Positions 51,465 through 63,522 of a stretch of DNA of 64,000 nucleotides are shown one piece after another (the first letter of the stretch is position 1; each line of letters starts with the position of its first letter). The position numbers were made by a program, and so were the translations under genes. The DNA comes from Tubulanus polymorphus (lineage: Eukaryota > Animalia > Nemertea), in assembly GCF_964204645.1 (NCBI RefSeq), contig NC_134027.1, positions 16,710,485 to 16,774,484 on the forward strand, in the 5' to 3' direction. The notes beneath the pieces were generated by a model. It saw only the letters and a list, made by a program, of their open reading frames with translations, made no database searches and was not told where the DNA came from.

Positions 51465-52652
51465 GCTCAAATCGACGGAAAAGCTTTTTTCGACCCGAAA
51501 ACGGCGTTCAGCGCGAAAAAAGACGTTTTCTCATCAAATATTCCTCGTATCGGAAAAACGAAGACGCTTATGCGCGAGAGCGCTCAAATCGACGGGAAAA
51601 GCTTTTTTCGACCGGAAAACGTCGTTTAGCGCGAGAAAAAACGATTTCTCATCAAATATTTCCCGTATCGGAAGACGAAGACGTCGATGCGCGAAAGCGC
51701 TCAAATCGACGGGAAAAGCACTTTTCGATCGGAAAACGTCGTTCAGCGCGAGAAAAGACGTTTTCTCATCAAATATTCCTCGTATCGGAAAAACGAAGAC
51801 GCCTATGCGCGAAAGCACTCAAATCGACAGGAAAAGCACTTTTCGACCGGAAAACGTCGTTCAGCGCGAGAAAAGACGTTTTCTCATCCAATATTCCCCG
51901 TATTGGAAAAATGAAAATGTCGATGCGCGAAAGCGCTCAAATCGACGGGAAAAGCTTTTTCGACCAGAAAACGTCGTTCGCGCGAGAAAAGACGTTTTCT
52001 CATCAATTATTCCTCGTATCGGAAAAATGAAGACGCCTATGCGCGAAAGCGCTCAAATCGACGGGAAAGGGATTTTTCGACCGGAAAACGTCGTTCAGCG
52101 CGAGAAAAGACGTTTTCTCATCAAATATTCCTCGTATCGGAAAATCGAAGACGCCTATGCGCGAAAGCGCTCAAATCGACGGGAAAAGGATTTTTCGACC
52201 GGAAAACGCCGTTAAACGCGAGAAAAGACGTTTTCTCATAAAATAATCCTCGTATCGGAAAAACGAAGACACCTATGCGCGAAAGCGCTCAAATCGACGG
52301 GAAAAGCACTTTTCGACACAAAAACGTCTTTCAGCGCGAGAAAAGAAGTTTTCTCATCAAATATTCCCCGCATCGGAAAAACGAAGACGCCTATGCGCGA
52401 AAGCGCTCAAATCGACGGGAAAAGCACTTTTCGACAGAAAAACGTCGTTCAGCGCGAGAAAAGAAGTTTTCTCATCAAATATTCCCTGTATCGGAAAAAC
52501 GAAGACACGCGCGAAAGCGCTCAAATCGACGGCAAAGCACTTTTCGACCGGAAAACGTCGTTCAGCGCGAGAAAAGACATTTTCTCATCAAATATTCCCC
52601 GTATCGGAAAAAAGAAGACGCCTATGCGCGAAAGCGCTCAAATCGACGGGAA
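51465..52652. repeat. CpG-rich tandem satellite, ~10 units of ~118 bp
   Basis: Unit GCTCAAATCGACGGGAAAAGCACTTTTCGACCGGAAAACGTCGTTCAGCGCGAGAAAAGACG... repeated head to tail. Confidence 0.95.
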
Positions 52653-52660
52653 ACCACTTT

Positions 52661-52853
52661 AGTAATAGGGGTTTAGTTGTTCTAGATCAAAGGTCGAACG
52701 GTCGAGAAATTTTCCAAATGTGAAAATAACAATAATTTCTACTTGAATTAGTCGCGCACACTCCTAATTCAAGTAGAAATTATTATCATTTCACATTTGG
52801 AAAATTTCTCAACCATTCAACCTTTAACCTAGAACAACTAAACCCCTATTACT
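52661..52853. repeat. Hairpin with ~90-bp arms at the satellite/Polinton boundary
   Basis: AGTAATAGGGGTTTAGTTGTTCTAG...CTAGAACAACTAAACCCCTATTACT with a 12-nt loop. Confidence 0.9.
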
Positions 52854-53100
52854 CTTAAAATATTCATATGCATGAATAAAATATATATGAATAGCATTTA
52901 AATTGATAGATTATTCAATATAAAAGTGTGAGCTCTTATGGAATAGATATATAGATATATTTACAACATTATTTCAATATTTATATTTGTATGAGTTAGA
53001 TTTTTAAACATTAAAAGTGTTAGTAAAGTGTGATTGAAATGATTCATATATAAATCATTGAACTTCTAAAATCAATTTAGTAAAAAAATATGTATAATAA

Positions 53101-53754
53101 ATGGAATCAGAACAACCACAAACTATCAATATTACAAATAACACTGGCGTCATAAATATATACTACAAGAAGTGTTCTAAGTGTGAATTAGATAAATTAG
53201 CTTTAACAGAATTTAGTAAGCGTAAGATTAGCAAAGATGGTTTTCAATATTGCTGTAAAACTTGTTTTAAACTATATACCAAACAATACCGAGAAGATAA
53301 TATAGAACATTATAATTATTATATGGCAGAATATATGAGAGAAAGATATCAAACAGATCTTAATTTTAGATTGAAACAATGCTTAAGATCTAGATTAACA
53401 CAATTATTCAACAAAGAAACACATCCAGAAACACTATCTAATTTATTGGGTTGTTCAGATGAATTCTTAAAATCATGGAATATATTTCAATTCGATGATA
53501 AAATGAATATAGATAATTATGGGGATTATTACCATATTGATCACGTGTTGCCGATTTCTAAATTTGACATGAGTGATGATTATAATAAGAAGCTAATCTG
53601 GAACTGGAGAAATTTAAGACCTTTAGAAAAGAAAGAAAATATAATTAAATCTAACAAACTAGATATGATATTATATTTAGATCAACTGGATAAAGCAAAG
53701 ACATTTGTTGAATTATGGAACTCAACACATAATGAAAAATACGTTGACTCTTAA
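53101..53754 (+). CDS. Zn-ribbon plus HNH/EndoVII-like nuclease, large-DNA-virus type
   Basis: KKCSKC...KDG....CKTC; MNIDNYG..YHIDHVLPISKFD...NWRNLRPL...EN..KSNK. Confidence 0.75.
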   Translation: MESEQPQTINITNNTGVINIYYKKCSKCELDKLALTEFSKRKISKDGFQYCCKTCFKLYTKQYREDNIEHYNYYMAEYMRERYQTDLNFRLKQCLRSRLTQLFNKETHPETLSNLLGCSDEFLKSWNIFQFDDKMNIDNYGDYYHIDHVLPISKFDMSDDYNKKLIWNWRNLRPLEKKENIIKSNKLDMILYLDQLDKAKTFVELWNSTHNEKYVDS

Positions 53755-54183
53755 ACGCTTAGAAAACCGGTTACTTTCGATCTATGTCAAACTGCCTATA
53801 TGCAATTGTATTAGGTTAGCTGTAGGTTGTTTACAAAAACATCTGCGGCAGTTATATTCAGTTGAATGGGGTGTACCTCATTTGAATATTGATCGAATGT
53901 GCTATTTCAGTTGAAAAGGATTAATCAATTACATCACAAAGGAACATCTGTTACAATCCAGGCAAACATGCAGAAATAATTAGTTTGGTCGAACGTGCGC
54001 CACGTCGGTAGTTAGAAATCAACTTTCACATACATAGTACGTATTGGATATTCTCTCTCAAAACACAGTTTACAGTTCTAAATCTAAATGTAAGTACCGT
54101 TTTTTGTAGTTATTATGAAGTAGGGAAACCTTTAAACATATTTAAGTACAGTAATTCATTGTCTCGACATCTTTTAGATTAAA

Positions 54184-54650
54184 ATGGAATACAGAGATCG
54201 ACCAGAAATTCCAAGTCAACCATCGGAAGAGGAACCAGAAACGATGGATAGTGAAACACAGGAATCAACAGAAATGGAGGATAAAACTCTCGTAATTGAC
54301 GAACAAACTTCACAAAAATTACAAGAACATTTGGACTATCATCAAGAAATGGTGAAAATTCTGAGTGATGTAATACATAATAAACAATTACCGCGCGAAC
54401 TACAATTACCAAAATTACCAGCAACGCGACTTAAATTGCTGTTGGGACTCAAAGAATCGAAAACTAAGAAAATGAGTGGAGATATCAGTGCCGGCTTTTA
54501 AAGAAAACTGAGAAGAGTAGGTAGATTAATAAAATATGAAAAATTCAAAATATTAGGATTAGCATTTAGTGAAGTAGTCAGATATTTACCAGAAATTGAA
54601 GAAATGATTGGAAACAATCCAGTAATTAAAGAATTCTGGACAAAATTATA
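54184..54650 (+). pseudogene. Unknown small protein; frame continues past a stop at 54499-54501
   Basis: Acidic N-terminus; the same frame reads on to ...EFWTKL*. A candidate 5' UTR intron lies at 54090-54177. Confidence 0.45.
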
Positions 54651-55013
54651 AATTATAACACTGAAGGTCTTAGATATCAAAAAATGTAATCTCGATTGTA
54701 TATATCTGTTTTAATATTGTATTGTTTACTGTTAACTAAGTATTGCGCAATAACCGGTCCGATTGGACCGCTTTTCTATTGTTCTCCATTGTTCTATTAT
54801 TGATCGCTAAAATTTACATAATAAATATATGTGTTTATGAAATAATATTTCCACCAGTCGTTTCGTTGAATTGATTTTCAGTTGAGGATTTATTATCGAG
54901 AATCCGAAATGACTTATCAAAAGCAGCGAGGAATGAAAAAGGATGACGTTAGTCGAAGAATTGGAAGAGGATTCTAAAATGTTAATCAATTTTAATAAAA
55001 ATTTGATTTATAA

Positions 55014-55229
55014 ATGGAAAGGAATGATGAATACAATAAAAAACTTATTTGGAATTGGAAAAATTTAAGACCTCTTGAAAAGAAAGAAAATAAAATAAAA
55101 TCTTATAAACTAGATTTACAGTTATATTTAGAACAGTTAACAAAGGCAAAGAAATTTATTGATCAATGGAACAATGATCCAAATAATGAACAATACGTTG
55201 AGGAATTTCATATCAAGGATCCGAAATGA
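55014..55229 (+). CDS. Paralogous C-terminal part of the HNH nuclease
   Basis: YNKKLIWNWKNLRPLEKKEN.IKS.KLD is nearly identical to the end of the 53101 ORF. Confidence 0.75.
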   Translation: MERNDEYNKKLIWNWKNLRPLEKKENKIKSYKLDLQLYLEQLTKAKKFIDQWNNDPNNEQYVEEFHIKDPK

Positions 55230-55531
55230 CTTATCTGGACAGTTATAATTACTGCTCCTAATAGATAAACAAAAATAGTGTGATATCAAATAGAATTCAA
55301 ATAAAATATATTAAAAAAACAATAACTCCAACTAGCCATTATTTCTATTTTAATTTTTAATACTATCTTTTCAAAAAAGAATACTTTATATCACAAATAA
55401 AAAATACTAAAAAACAATAACTAATACTAAAATTCTTTACCTTTAACTAAGCTAGTATTAATCTAAAGAGATGCTGGTATAATTTGAAGAATACTTATAA
55501 TATTTTTTTCGCCTTTTTTTCTCCTATATAA

Positions 55532-56126
55532 ATGTCAAAGAAATCTAATAAGAATAGTATTGATATTGAAAAAACATTAGATGATTTGGGTATAAGTGAT
55601 AATAAAGATACAGTTGTAACTAATTGTGCTCAAGTTAATTGTAATATTGATTATGAATACTATTTATATTGTAAACACCATCTTGAATTATTAATTGCCG
55701 GTGGAAAATCTAAAGAGTTTTTAAATAGAATTATTACTTTTCAAGAATTAGACTCTATGAAACCAGATAAAGTAATAAAATATTTTAAGATTTATGAAGA
55801 AGCTAGATTAGCTAGAATAAATGATTCTATTTCAGATGGTATTATAAAATGTTATTCTAAGTTATGTAACCGGCTAATGTCAATTGATGATGAAAATAAA
55901 TTATATAGTGATTTGAAAACTGACTACTTAGTTATGACTGAATTACAAAAATGGGTTGGTTATGCTTCATTTTAATTAGGATCGGTTATGACATTAATTT
56001 CTACTGGCGTCATAACATTTTCGAATATCAAGCCTATGGAATATAAATCAGGTAAGAACGAAACAGATGTACTACAACCAAACGGCGAAACAGAAAATGA
56101 ATCAGAACAAAAATTAACTAAAATAA
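55532..56126 (+). pseudogene. Polinton hypothetical protein (stop at 55975, frame continues)
   Basis: ORF of 147 aa, then same-frame LGSVMTLISTGVITF..., ending just before the next ATG. Confidence 0.55.
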
Positions 56127-56495
56127 ATGAGTGATAGCGTTAAGAAAAAGGCTAGATCCGAGAAACAAATTAAATGGGCAAGAAAATTAGGTAAAGGACC
56201 TTCAGAATTAAAAAAAGCTAACAAAAAGAAATTAACTGATATAAATGAATCACAGACTTTATCTGATATTGATTCAAATAACAATCCATCTAATTCTTCA
56301 AATGCTGGAAGTAATAATTACTTATATATTACAATTGGATTAGTAACAGTTATTATATTCTCAGGTGTAATATATAAATATAAGTATGAATCTGATGAAA
56401 AAGATGATTCCAATGATAATAAACCTATCATACCAGAAAATAAATCAAATCATAAAGTCATTGAAACTAAATCTAAATTATTATTAATGGATTAA
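56127..56495 (+). CDS. Small basic protein with one transmembrane segment
   Basis: YLYITIGLVTVIIFSGVIY hydrophobic stretch; tightly packed before the integrase. Confidence 0.65.
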   Translation: MSDSVKKKARSEKQIKWARKLGKGPSELKKANKKKLTDINESQTLSDIDSNNNPSNSSNAGSNNYLYITIGLVTVIIFSGVIYKYKYESDEKDDSNDNKPIIPENKSNHKVIETKSKLLLMD

Positions 56496-56501
56496 AGTAA
56501 G

Positions 56502-57594
56502 ATGAAAAAAGAACAATATTTAAGAGATTTATATTATGAACCAGAAAGTGAAGTATCATATTCTAATGTTTCAGAATTATGGGATAAAATTAAATCTGAT
56601 AAGGAAAATGGTAATATAAAATATAGCGAATTAAAATCATGGTTACAAAATCAACCAACATATCAAATCCACAAGAAAATGGATAAAACTTATTTAACAA
56701 GAAAAGTTATGGTTTCATATATCGATCAACAATGGCAAGCAGATTTAATTGACATGAAGAACTTAGAAGAACACAACAAAGGATATTTCTGGATATTAAA
56801 TGTTATAGACATATTCAGTAGATACGCATGGTCAATTCCAATCAAAAATAAAGCTGGTATAGAAGTAACAAATGCTTTTAAATCTATATTTAAAGAAGCT
56901 ATTCCAGATAAGATACAATTTGATGAAGGTAAAGAACTTTATAACAAACATTTTAAAAAACTATTATCTGATAACGATGTAGACTATTTTTCAACACACT
57001 CAGATAAAAAAGCATCTATTATAGAAAGATTTGATAAAACATTGAAAACTAGAATGTGGAGATATTTTACTGCTAATAAAAACATATAAATATATCGATG
57101 TATTAGATGATTTAGTGAAAGGTTATAATAATTCTAAACATAGTTCTATAAATATGAAACCTATACAAGCTAGAAAAGAAGATAATTCAGAAATAGTTTG
57201 GAATAATTTATATGGAGCGTTTGTAACACATGATTTCGGTGAACCTAAATTTAAAATAGGACAACACGTTAGAATATCTAAATATCGAAAAACATTTTAT
57301 AAAGGTTATACCCCAAATTTTACAGAAGAAATATTCAAGATTAAAAAGATAATATTAACTAAACCATTTGTTTATAAACTAGAAGATTTAAAAGATGAAG
57401 AAATATTAGGTTATTTCTATGAACAAGAATTATCACTTGTACCAAATCCAGATGAAATAGAATACAAAATAGAAAAAGTATTGAAAACAAAAACTCTTAA
57501 AGGAAAAAAGTATTCTTTGGTGAAATATAAAGGATATGATGATAAATTTAATGAATGGATTTTATCTAGTAAAATTAAAAGAATAAATGAATAA
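56502..57594 (+). pseudogene. Polinton retroviral-like integrase with C-terminal chromodomain (frameshift near 57085)
   Basis: WQADLIDM, VIDIFSRYAW, IQFDEGKE, KASIIERF, YNNSKHSSI.M.P, FKIGQHVRIS, KGYTPNFTEEIF, IEKVLK...VKYKGY..KFNEWI. Confidence 0.95.
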
Positions 57595-58198
57595 AGATTT
57601 ATTTATATTTGAACCGCATAATATGTTAATAACAGGGGTAACCAATTGTGGTAAAACACATTTCATATTAGATTTGTTAGAAACTATTTATAAGAATCAT
57701 TTTGATAATATAATATTATTCTGTCCTACTTATGAATTGAATAAAACATATAATAGAGATATAGTTAAGATAAAAAAGTTTATTATATTAAATCCTAAAA
57801 CAGTAAAAGAAAATTTAGATAATTGTATAAAAATAGCAATTGATACTTATAAAGGATCAAATTCATTATTCATTATAGATGATTGCGCAAATTTACATGA
57901 TTCAAAAGTGAGAGAATGTGAGTTATGTTATTTAGCTTTCTCTGGGAGACATTTTGGGATAACAATATGTGTTTTAAATCAAAAATATAATTCAATTGTT
58001 AAAGACTTTAGGGAGAATATAAGATTTCTAGTTTTATTTTATAACAAAGATAAAAAATCTATGCAACAATCATTGGAAGAAAATCAAATTATACCTACTG
58101 AATTACATGATGAATATATGAATAAATTAAAGAATAATAAAGGTTCAAAATTATTACTGAGACTACAATTTCCATATGAATATAAATTTATAAAATAA
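57587..58198 (+). CDS. A32/FtsK-HerA-type DNA packaging ATPase
   Basis: Walker A GVTNCGKT, Walker B FIIDD, SGRH, LNQ..., REN. Confidence 0.92.
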   Translation: MNKDLFIFEPHNMLITGVTNCGKTHFILDLLETIYKNHFDNIILFCPTYELNKTYNRDIVKIKKFIILNPKTVKENLDNCIKIAIDTYKGSNSLFIIDDCANLHDSKVRECELCYLAFSGRHFGITICVLNQKYNSIVKDFRENIRFLVLFYNKDKKSMQQSLEENQIIPTELHDEYMNKLKNNKGSKLLLRLQFPYEYKFIK

Positions 58199-58214
58199 CT
58201 ATTTATATATCTAT

Positions 58215-58545
58215 GTATCTAATACGTATTAAATACGTATTAGATACGTATTAGATACCTTAAATACTTAAAACCCCCTTTTTAAAATAAATATTATTTA
58301 TACAATTTTCAACCAATTTATTTTTTCAACTAATATATGAATAAGTTTGAAAATATTAAAGGTTATTTATTATTACTGAGGTTTCAATATAAATTTTAAA
58401 AAAAATAATTTAAAGTATTTTCAAATAATACGTATTAAATACGTATTAGATATGTATTAGATATGTATTAGATATGTATTAGATACCTTAATACTTAAAA
58501 CCCCCTTTTTTATTTACAATTATTTTATACAATTTTCAACCAATA
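58215..58545. repeat. Duplicated intergenic module with (ATACGTATTAG)n between convergent gene arrays
   Basis: ATACGTATTA.ATACGTATTAGAT...ATACTTAAAACCCCCTTTTT...ATACAATTTTCAACCAAT occurs twice. Confidence 0.8.
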
Positions 58546-58575
58546 TTATTATTTGAGTCAAATATAATTAATATC

Positions 58576-58858
58576 TTAATCACTTTCATCGTCACTCTCC
58601 AATTCACTATCATACCCCATCAATTTATTCAAATGCTCTACCGAATCTACATAATTGGTTGTTTTATAGTTATGCTTATTCATCCAATCAAATTTATCAT
58701 TATTTTCTACTTTATGTTTCATAGAATCTTTATTATCAATATGCTTATCTGTAACTATATTTTCATTATCATCTTTCTTAGTGTTTGACCTTAATATTGT
58801 ATTTACAATGCTTGATTCTAATATTTTTTTTAGCAGCAGATAAATCTTATTCATCATT
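58576..58858 (-). CDS. Polinton hypothetical protein
   Basis: Short ORF overlapping the stop of the upstream gene; acidic tail. Confidence 0.4.
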
Positions 58859-59368
58859 ACTAGGTTCCTTAGATAAAACTTCACCTAATAAATCTTCATA
58901 TAAATCTTTACCATCTACTTTTTTATTTGAAACAAACTTTGTAACATAATTAAATGGGTGTTCTATAAATTCTCTTAAACCAACACGATCTATTACATTA
59001 ATAATATGTGAATTTGTATTCATATGATTATTCCAATTTGATGGAGCGTTTGAAAATTCACCTTTACAATAATCACAATAATTTCTATTTTCACTAACAT
59101 TTAATATTATTGCATTATTAGATGTAGAAGGTATTACATTATTAGATGTAGAAGGTATTACATTATTAGATGTAGAAGGTATTACATTACTTAAATTATC
59201 AACAACTTCACTTTTATTATTATCGATTTCTATTAGTTTAGTTTTATAAATTTTGAAAATAGGATCAAATATCAAAGCTATATTACAAGGTATTACATAA
59301 TATAAACCATCATTATTTTCATGTGTATCGATGTATGGAATATGTTTATATACTTTACCTCCTTCCAT
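58847..59368 (-). CDS. Hypothetical protein with NVIPSTSN x3 repeat and C2H2-like finger
   Basis: 24-bp tandem repeat at about 59113-59190; CDYC...F.......HMNTNSH. Confidence 0.65.
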   Translation of the reverse strand: MEGGKVYKHIPYIDTHENNDGLYYVIPCNIALIFDPIFKIYKTKLIEIDNNKSEVVDNLSNVIPSTSNNVIPSTSNNVIPSTSNNAIILNVSENRNYCDYCKGEFSNAPSNWNNHMNTNSHIINVIDRVGLREFIEHPFNYVTKFVSNKKVDGKDLYEDLLGEVLSKEPSNDE

Positions 59369-59400
59369 TTATTATATAAATTTTTATTAAAGTTAAAATT

Positions 59401-60645
59401 TTAATACATAACACTATTTAATTGAGAATTTACAATATTTAATTGCGCGTCAGATATAATATAAATGTGCATTTTAAAATTTTTGATTCCTTTATTCTTT
59501 GTCATGAATAATTGTATTCCATCTTTAGTGTTTTGTAGTTTTTTCAAGTAATGTAATGAATTATCCTCTGTTGTTCTAAAATCTAACCATAATGCATATG
59601 TATTACCGGTATAATAATCAATTTGATTAATATTACAATTTTCAGATGATTTCACTTTTTCATTCATAAAATGTTTTCTAATTTCTGGCCATTGATCTAT
59701 CATTCTCATTCCTTGACAAAATATTTTATTTGCTATTCCTTCGATAGTTATTTCTACTTTTGTTATTTCAGGATTATAATAATTATCAACATTTATTGCG
59801 CCATTAGTATATGTTGCAATGGTAAAAAATATTAATATACCTTTAATAGATCTTCTTGGGAAGTTAATATTCTCATTAATTATTTCATCATTTGCATTAA
59901 TAGTTACAGTTTTAAATTTATCAATATAATCATATAATAATGAAAATCCTTGATTGTATTTAGTTTGAATTATACTTGAAATATTTTCATCAGTTACTGT
60001 ATCATATTCTAAACATATATTCGATAATTTATAACTCATATCTTTATTAACGCTAGATATTACAATTTCATTAACAGGAGCAAATGTTATTTCGAATATA
60101 ACGTCTTCTTGAATTGCGTATTTATATAAAGGTGCATTATTATTTATCAATTCAAAGTCTAATGGAATTTTATATTTGCTTCCATATATACTTTTTATCA
60201 ATTTATCTATAGCATTAGTTAATATTGCATTATGTGCTTCTGATCTTAATTTATTTTGGTTTTCTGATTGGATGCCTTGAAATATCATATTATTTCTGTT
60301 TTCTTTAGTTAACCATAAATCTTTATAATGCATAAATAAATTATAATCATCTAATGAGCAAACTGTTTCCGGACCAATCTTTATTGTTAATTTTTTAATC
60401 AAATATCTTCCAACATTATCAACAACATAATTATTATTATTACCGGTTACTTTTATATCGGCTGATAAATAAATACTATTTGGAACATAAAAAGTATTTT
60501 GTGTTAATCGAGGGATTCTAACATATAAAGTTTCATCGGGATTAATATTAGAAGGGTTATGAGTAATAATATGATGTGATCTTTCTGCTTTAATAGCATT
60601 AGATATTCTATGATTCTCAGAAGGATTGATATAACTCCCACTCAT
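59401..60645 (-). CDS. Polinton/adintovirus major capsid protein (double jelly-roll)
   Basis: Intact 414-aa ORF. ITHNPSNINPDETLYVRIP, YKIPLDF, YKLSNICLEYD, YYNPEITKVEITIEG, YALWLDFR, SDAQLNI motifs are typical of animal Polinton capsids, and the context fits. Confidence 0.85.
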   Translation of the reverse strand: MSGSYINPSENHRISNAIKAERSHHIITHNPSNINPDETLYVRIPRLTQNTFYVPNSIYLSADIKVTGNNNNYVVDNVGRYLIKKLTIKIGPETVCSLDDYNLFMHYKDLWLTKENRNNMIFQGIQSENQNKLRSEAHNAILTNAIDKLIKSIYGSKYKIPLDFELINNNAPLYKYAIQEDVIFEITFAPVNEIVISSVNKDMSYKLSNICLEYDTVTDENISSIIQTKYNQGFSLLYDYIDKFKTVTINANDEIINENINFPRRSIKGILIFFTIATYTNGAINVDNYYNPEITKVEITIEGIANKIFCQGMRMIDQWPEIRKHFMNEKVKSSENCNINQIDYYTGNTYALWLDFRTTEDNSLHYLKKLQNTKDGIQLFMTKNKGIKNFKMHIYIISDAQLNIVNSQLNSVMY

Positions 60646-60665
60646 TAATTCAACAAAAAAATTAA

Positions 60666-62119
60666 TTATTTATTTTTTATCATGTTTACTAATCCAAAAA
60701 TAATTGCACTTACAACTGTAATTAAAAATAAAATAATATGGTCAGCAGCAAAGTTAATAATGTTTCCTGCAGATTTCAATATAAAACCAACAATTGATGC
60801 AATAACTCCTGGCAATGCTGCAGCAGATTTTTTAGATAGTTCCCATAAATATTTTGCTAATTTCTTTAAACCATCTTTAACTTTATCTTGTATAGAATTA
60901 TTACCTGGGGGCTTATCCGGTTTATTTGGAGTAGGAGTAGATTTTAAAACATTTGATATTGCTAAACCAATTGTTGTAAATAACATAGTTACAGATGTTA
61001 GAATTGAAAGAATTGTTATTCCTTCTAATTTAAATAACAATTTTATTCTATCTTTCAATGATATTTCAGAATCTGGTTTCATCAACAAATCTTTAAAAAT
61101 AACTTTTAATCTATTTATATTATAATCATATGATTTTAATAATAATTTAATTTCTTCTTTTTGTAATTCTATGTTATATTCTAAATCATCTTTTTCTTTT
61201 TCTAAACGTAATTCTTTTTGCCAATATTCTATTTTATCAATTACTTGATGGTCTAAATCAGACTTTAATTGTTCTATTTCTTTATTTTTACCAGTTAATT
61301 CTTTTTCTAAAGTTCTAATTTTAAAATCTCTTATACTTTATCATGCGCAATTTTATCAGATGCAAGTCTTATACTTTTAATTTCTCTAATTGCTTCATCA
61401 GAAAATATATTATTTAAATCTTCTAATTGTTGATCCGTTGCATCAATTAATCCATTCGGTAAAAGTTCTTCAATTGGAACTTTATTTGATTTAAGTTTAC
61501 TAGTTTTGGAATTTATATTCTGTTCAGAGTTTCTTTCTGGTTCTAAATTATTATCGATTGTTTCAAATAATTTATTAATTCTTTGTTTAAATACTCTTTC
61601 ATTTTTGATAATTTCTTCTTGTGTTACATCTTCTGGTTCATTACTATTTCTTATTCTTTTAATTCTAGATAGGTCTAACTTAAGCAAAGTTGATTCTGCT
61701 AATATTTTGTCTTTTTTTTTATAAGAGATATCAATATAATAATCATCTTTCAAACGATAATAATATTCACCATCTAAAAACTTTAATTCTTGTATTAAAA
61801 GTCTAGCGCCTCTGGCATTTATATTATATCCAGAATCTTTAAATACAGGTTGGAATTTAAACATAGATTCTTTATATTCTAAATCTTGTCTTGATAAACC
61901 TTGATTTTCATTTTCAGGATTTATTCTCGATCTAGTTCTTCTATCAAATTCATCTGTTGATGGACCTTTAGAACCACTATCTGCTAAATTAGAATTATAT
62001 GCTGATTCATCATCATTATCAATATTAGTTTCTGCATCATTATAATCATCATCAATATATCCCTCATTATTATTTCCCATTTCTCCCATTTCATAATCTT
62101 CTCCACCTTCTACATCCAT
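60666..62119 (-). pseudogene. Polinton coiled-coil protein with amphipathic/hydrophobic C-terminus (broken near 61330)
   Basis: Acidic N-terminus (61331-62119), coiled coil, then EGITILSILT...AAALPGVIASIVGFIL... Confidence 0.65.
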
Positions 62120-62124
62120 TTACA

Positions 62125-63522
62125 TAATAAAAAATTAAAATTTGAAATATAATATTCCTCCGATTACAATTCCTATACAAGTTATAGCTAATTTAGTATT
62201 TTCATGGGATTTATTATCATCATTTAGTGATAATTATTTCATGTTGAATATTATCAGTTCTAATATTTTCTGATGTATTGTAATCTTTTATTTTAGAATC
62301 ATTATTTAATTTAATATTCTTAGTTTTAGTTTCTGTTGATTGAATATGTTTTTTATTTTTTTCACCTTCCATTAATTTTGGAGCAGTAATAATCTTTTTA
62401 TTTATATCATTTAATCCAAATGAATTATTTATTGTTGCAGTTTTAATTAGATTATTGTAACCAATTATGTTTCCCAGCTTTAATACTAAATCATTAGAAA
62501 TAATGAATAGATTAGGGCCTATACAATAATTTAATGTAATATGTGATTTATCTAAATAATTTTGATATTTTACAATGTTTTCTGGAATCGATCTATTTTT
62601 ATCATTATGAATTGAATCTTCAAATAATACTTTGAATTGTTTCTGTGTATCAAATGATGTATTTAAATTTCCAATTATTGGATCTTGTTTCAACTTGTGC
62701 ACCTAAAATACATATCAAATAAGTTCTAATAGATTGATTTATTCTTTCTATACCTGATTTAGTAAAACCTTCACTATTTTCTAAAATAAAATAAACCCAA
62801 CCATTATTGTTTTCTTGTTTTAAATGATCATAAAATTTCGGTAATTTATTGAAATCTAATGTTTCTAAATCCTTAATTTCTATTTTACCATAACCTAATT
62901 TATTATTATAGATATTATAAAAACTATTAGATGGTATGGGAAGTGCACAATATTCTGCAATCTTTTTAGGGAAGGAAGTGATCTTATTGTTCCAATTTTT
63001 GTTCTAAAATCAGAATTATTTATATCTATATTAAATTCATTACAAATTTTATAAATCTTTGATAAATTAATATTATTATCTAATTCTTTAAAATATCTAG
63101 ATCCTGGTAAAGCGCACTCTAATTCATTTAATATTGTTCTGATTTGAAAGTATGTATGAAATCTAAATAAACTTTGAATTAATTTATATTTAGAATTATT
63201 CAAATGATCATTCCAACTAATTCCACAACCTGTTGTTGCACAATAAACAGCAAAAATTTAATTGGTTCTGCCAATACTTCATATTAGATTTTAATAACCA
63301 TTGTTTTTCATCTTTCAATTCTTTAAAATTAATTAAATATACATGAAATATATTTTCCATCTTTGCATTAAAATTATTAGTTTTAGTAACATAAATTTCT
63401 AAATTAGTTAATCAATCTAAAACTTCATTTCTATATGTAATATCTTTATTAAAATCTATTGCTGGAATATTATATTTAATTGATTTATTATATTGGAAAG
63501 CTTTTGGAAAACTATCTACCAT
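62125..63522 (-). pseudogene. Conserved Polinton hypothetical protein, multiply frameshifted
   Basis: YWQNQLNFAVYCATTGCGISWNDHL...FRFHTYFQIRTIL.EL..ALPG...GFTKSGIERINQSI, with a C-terminal hydrophobic segment. Confidence 0.6.

Noticed and set aside
51463-52676. Long ORFs in several frames; CRISPR-like periodicity
   Set aside because: These are translations of a ~118-bp satellite. The units are wholly repeated, with no unique spacers and no cas genes.
60682-61125. Plus-strand hydrophobic ORF, and other short antisense ORFs across the TEs
   Set aside because: These are antisense shadows of genuine opposite-strand coding sequence.
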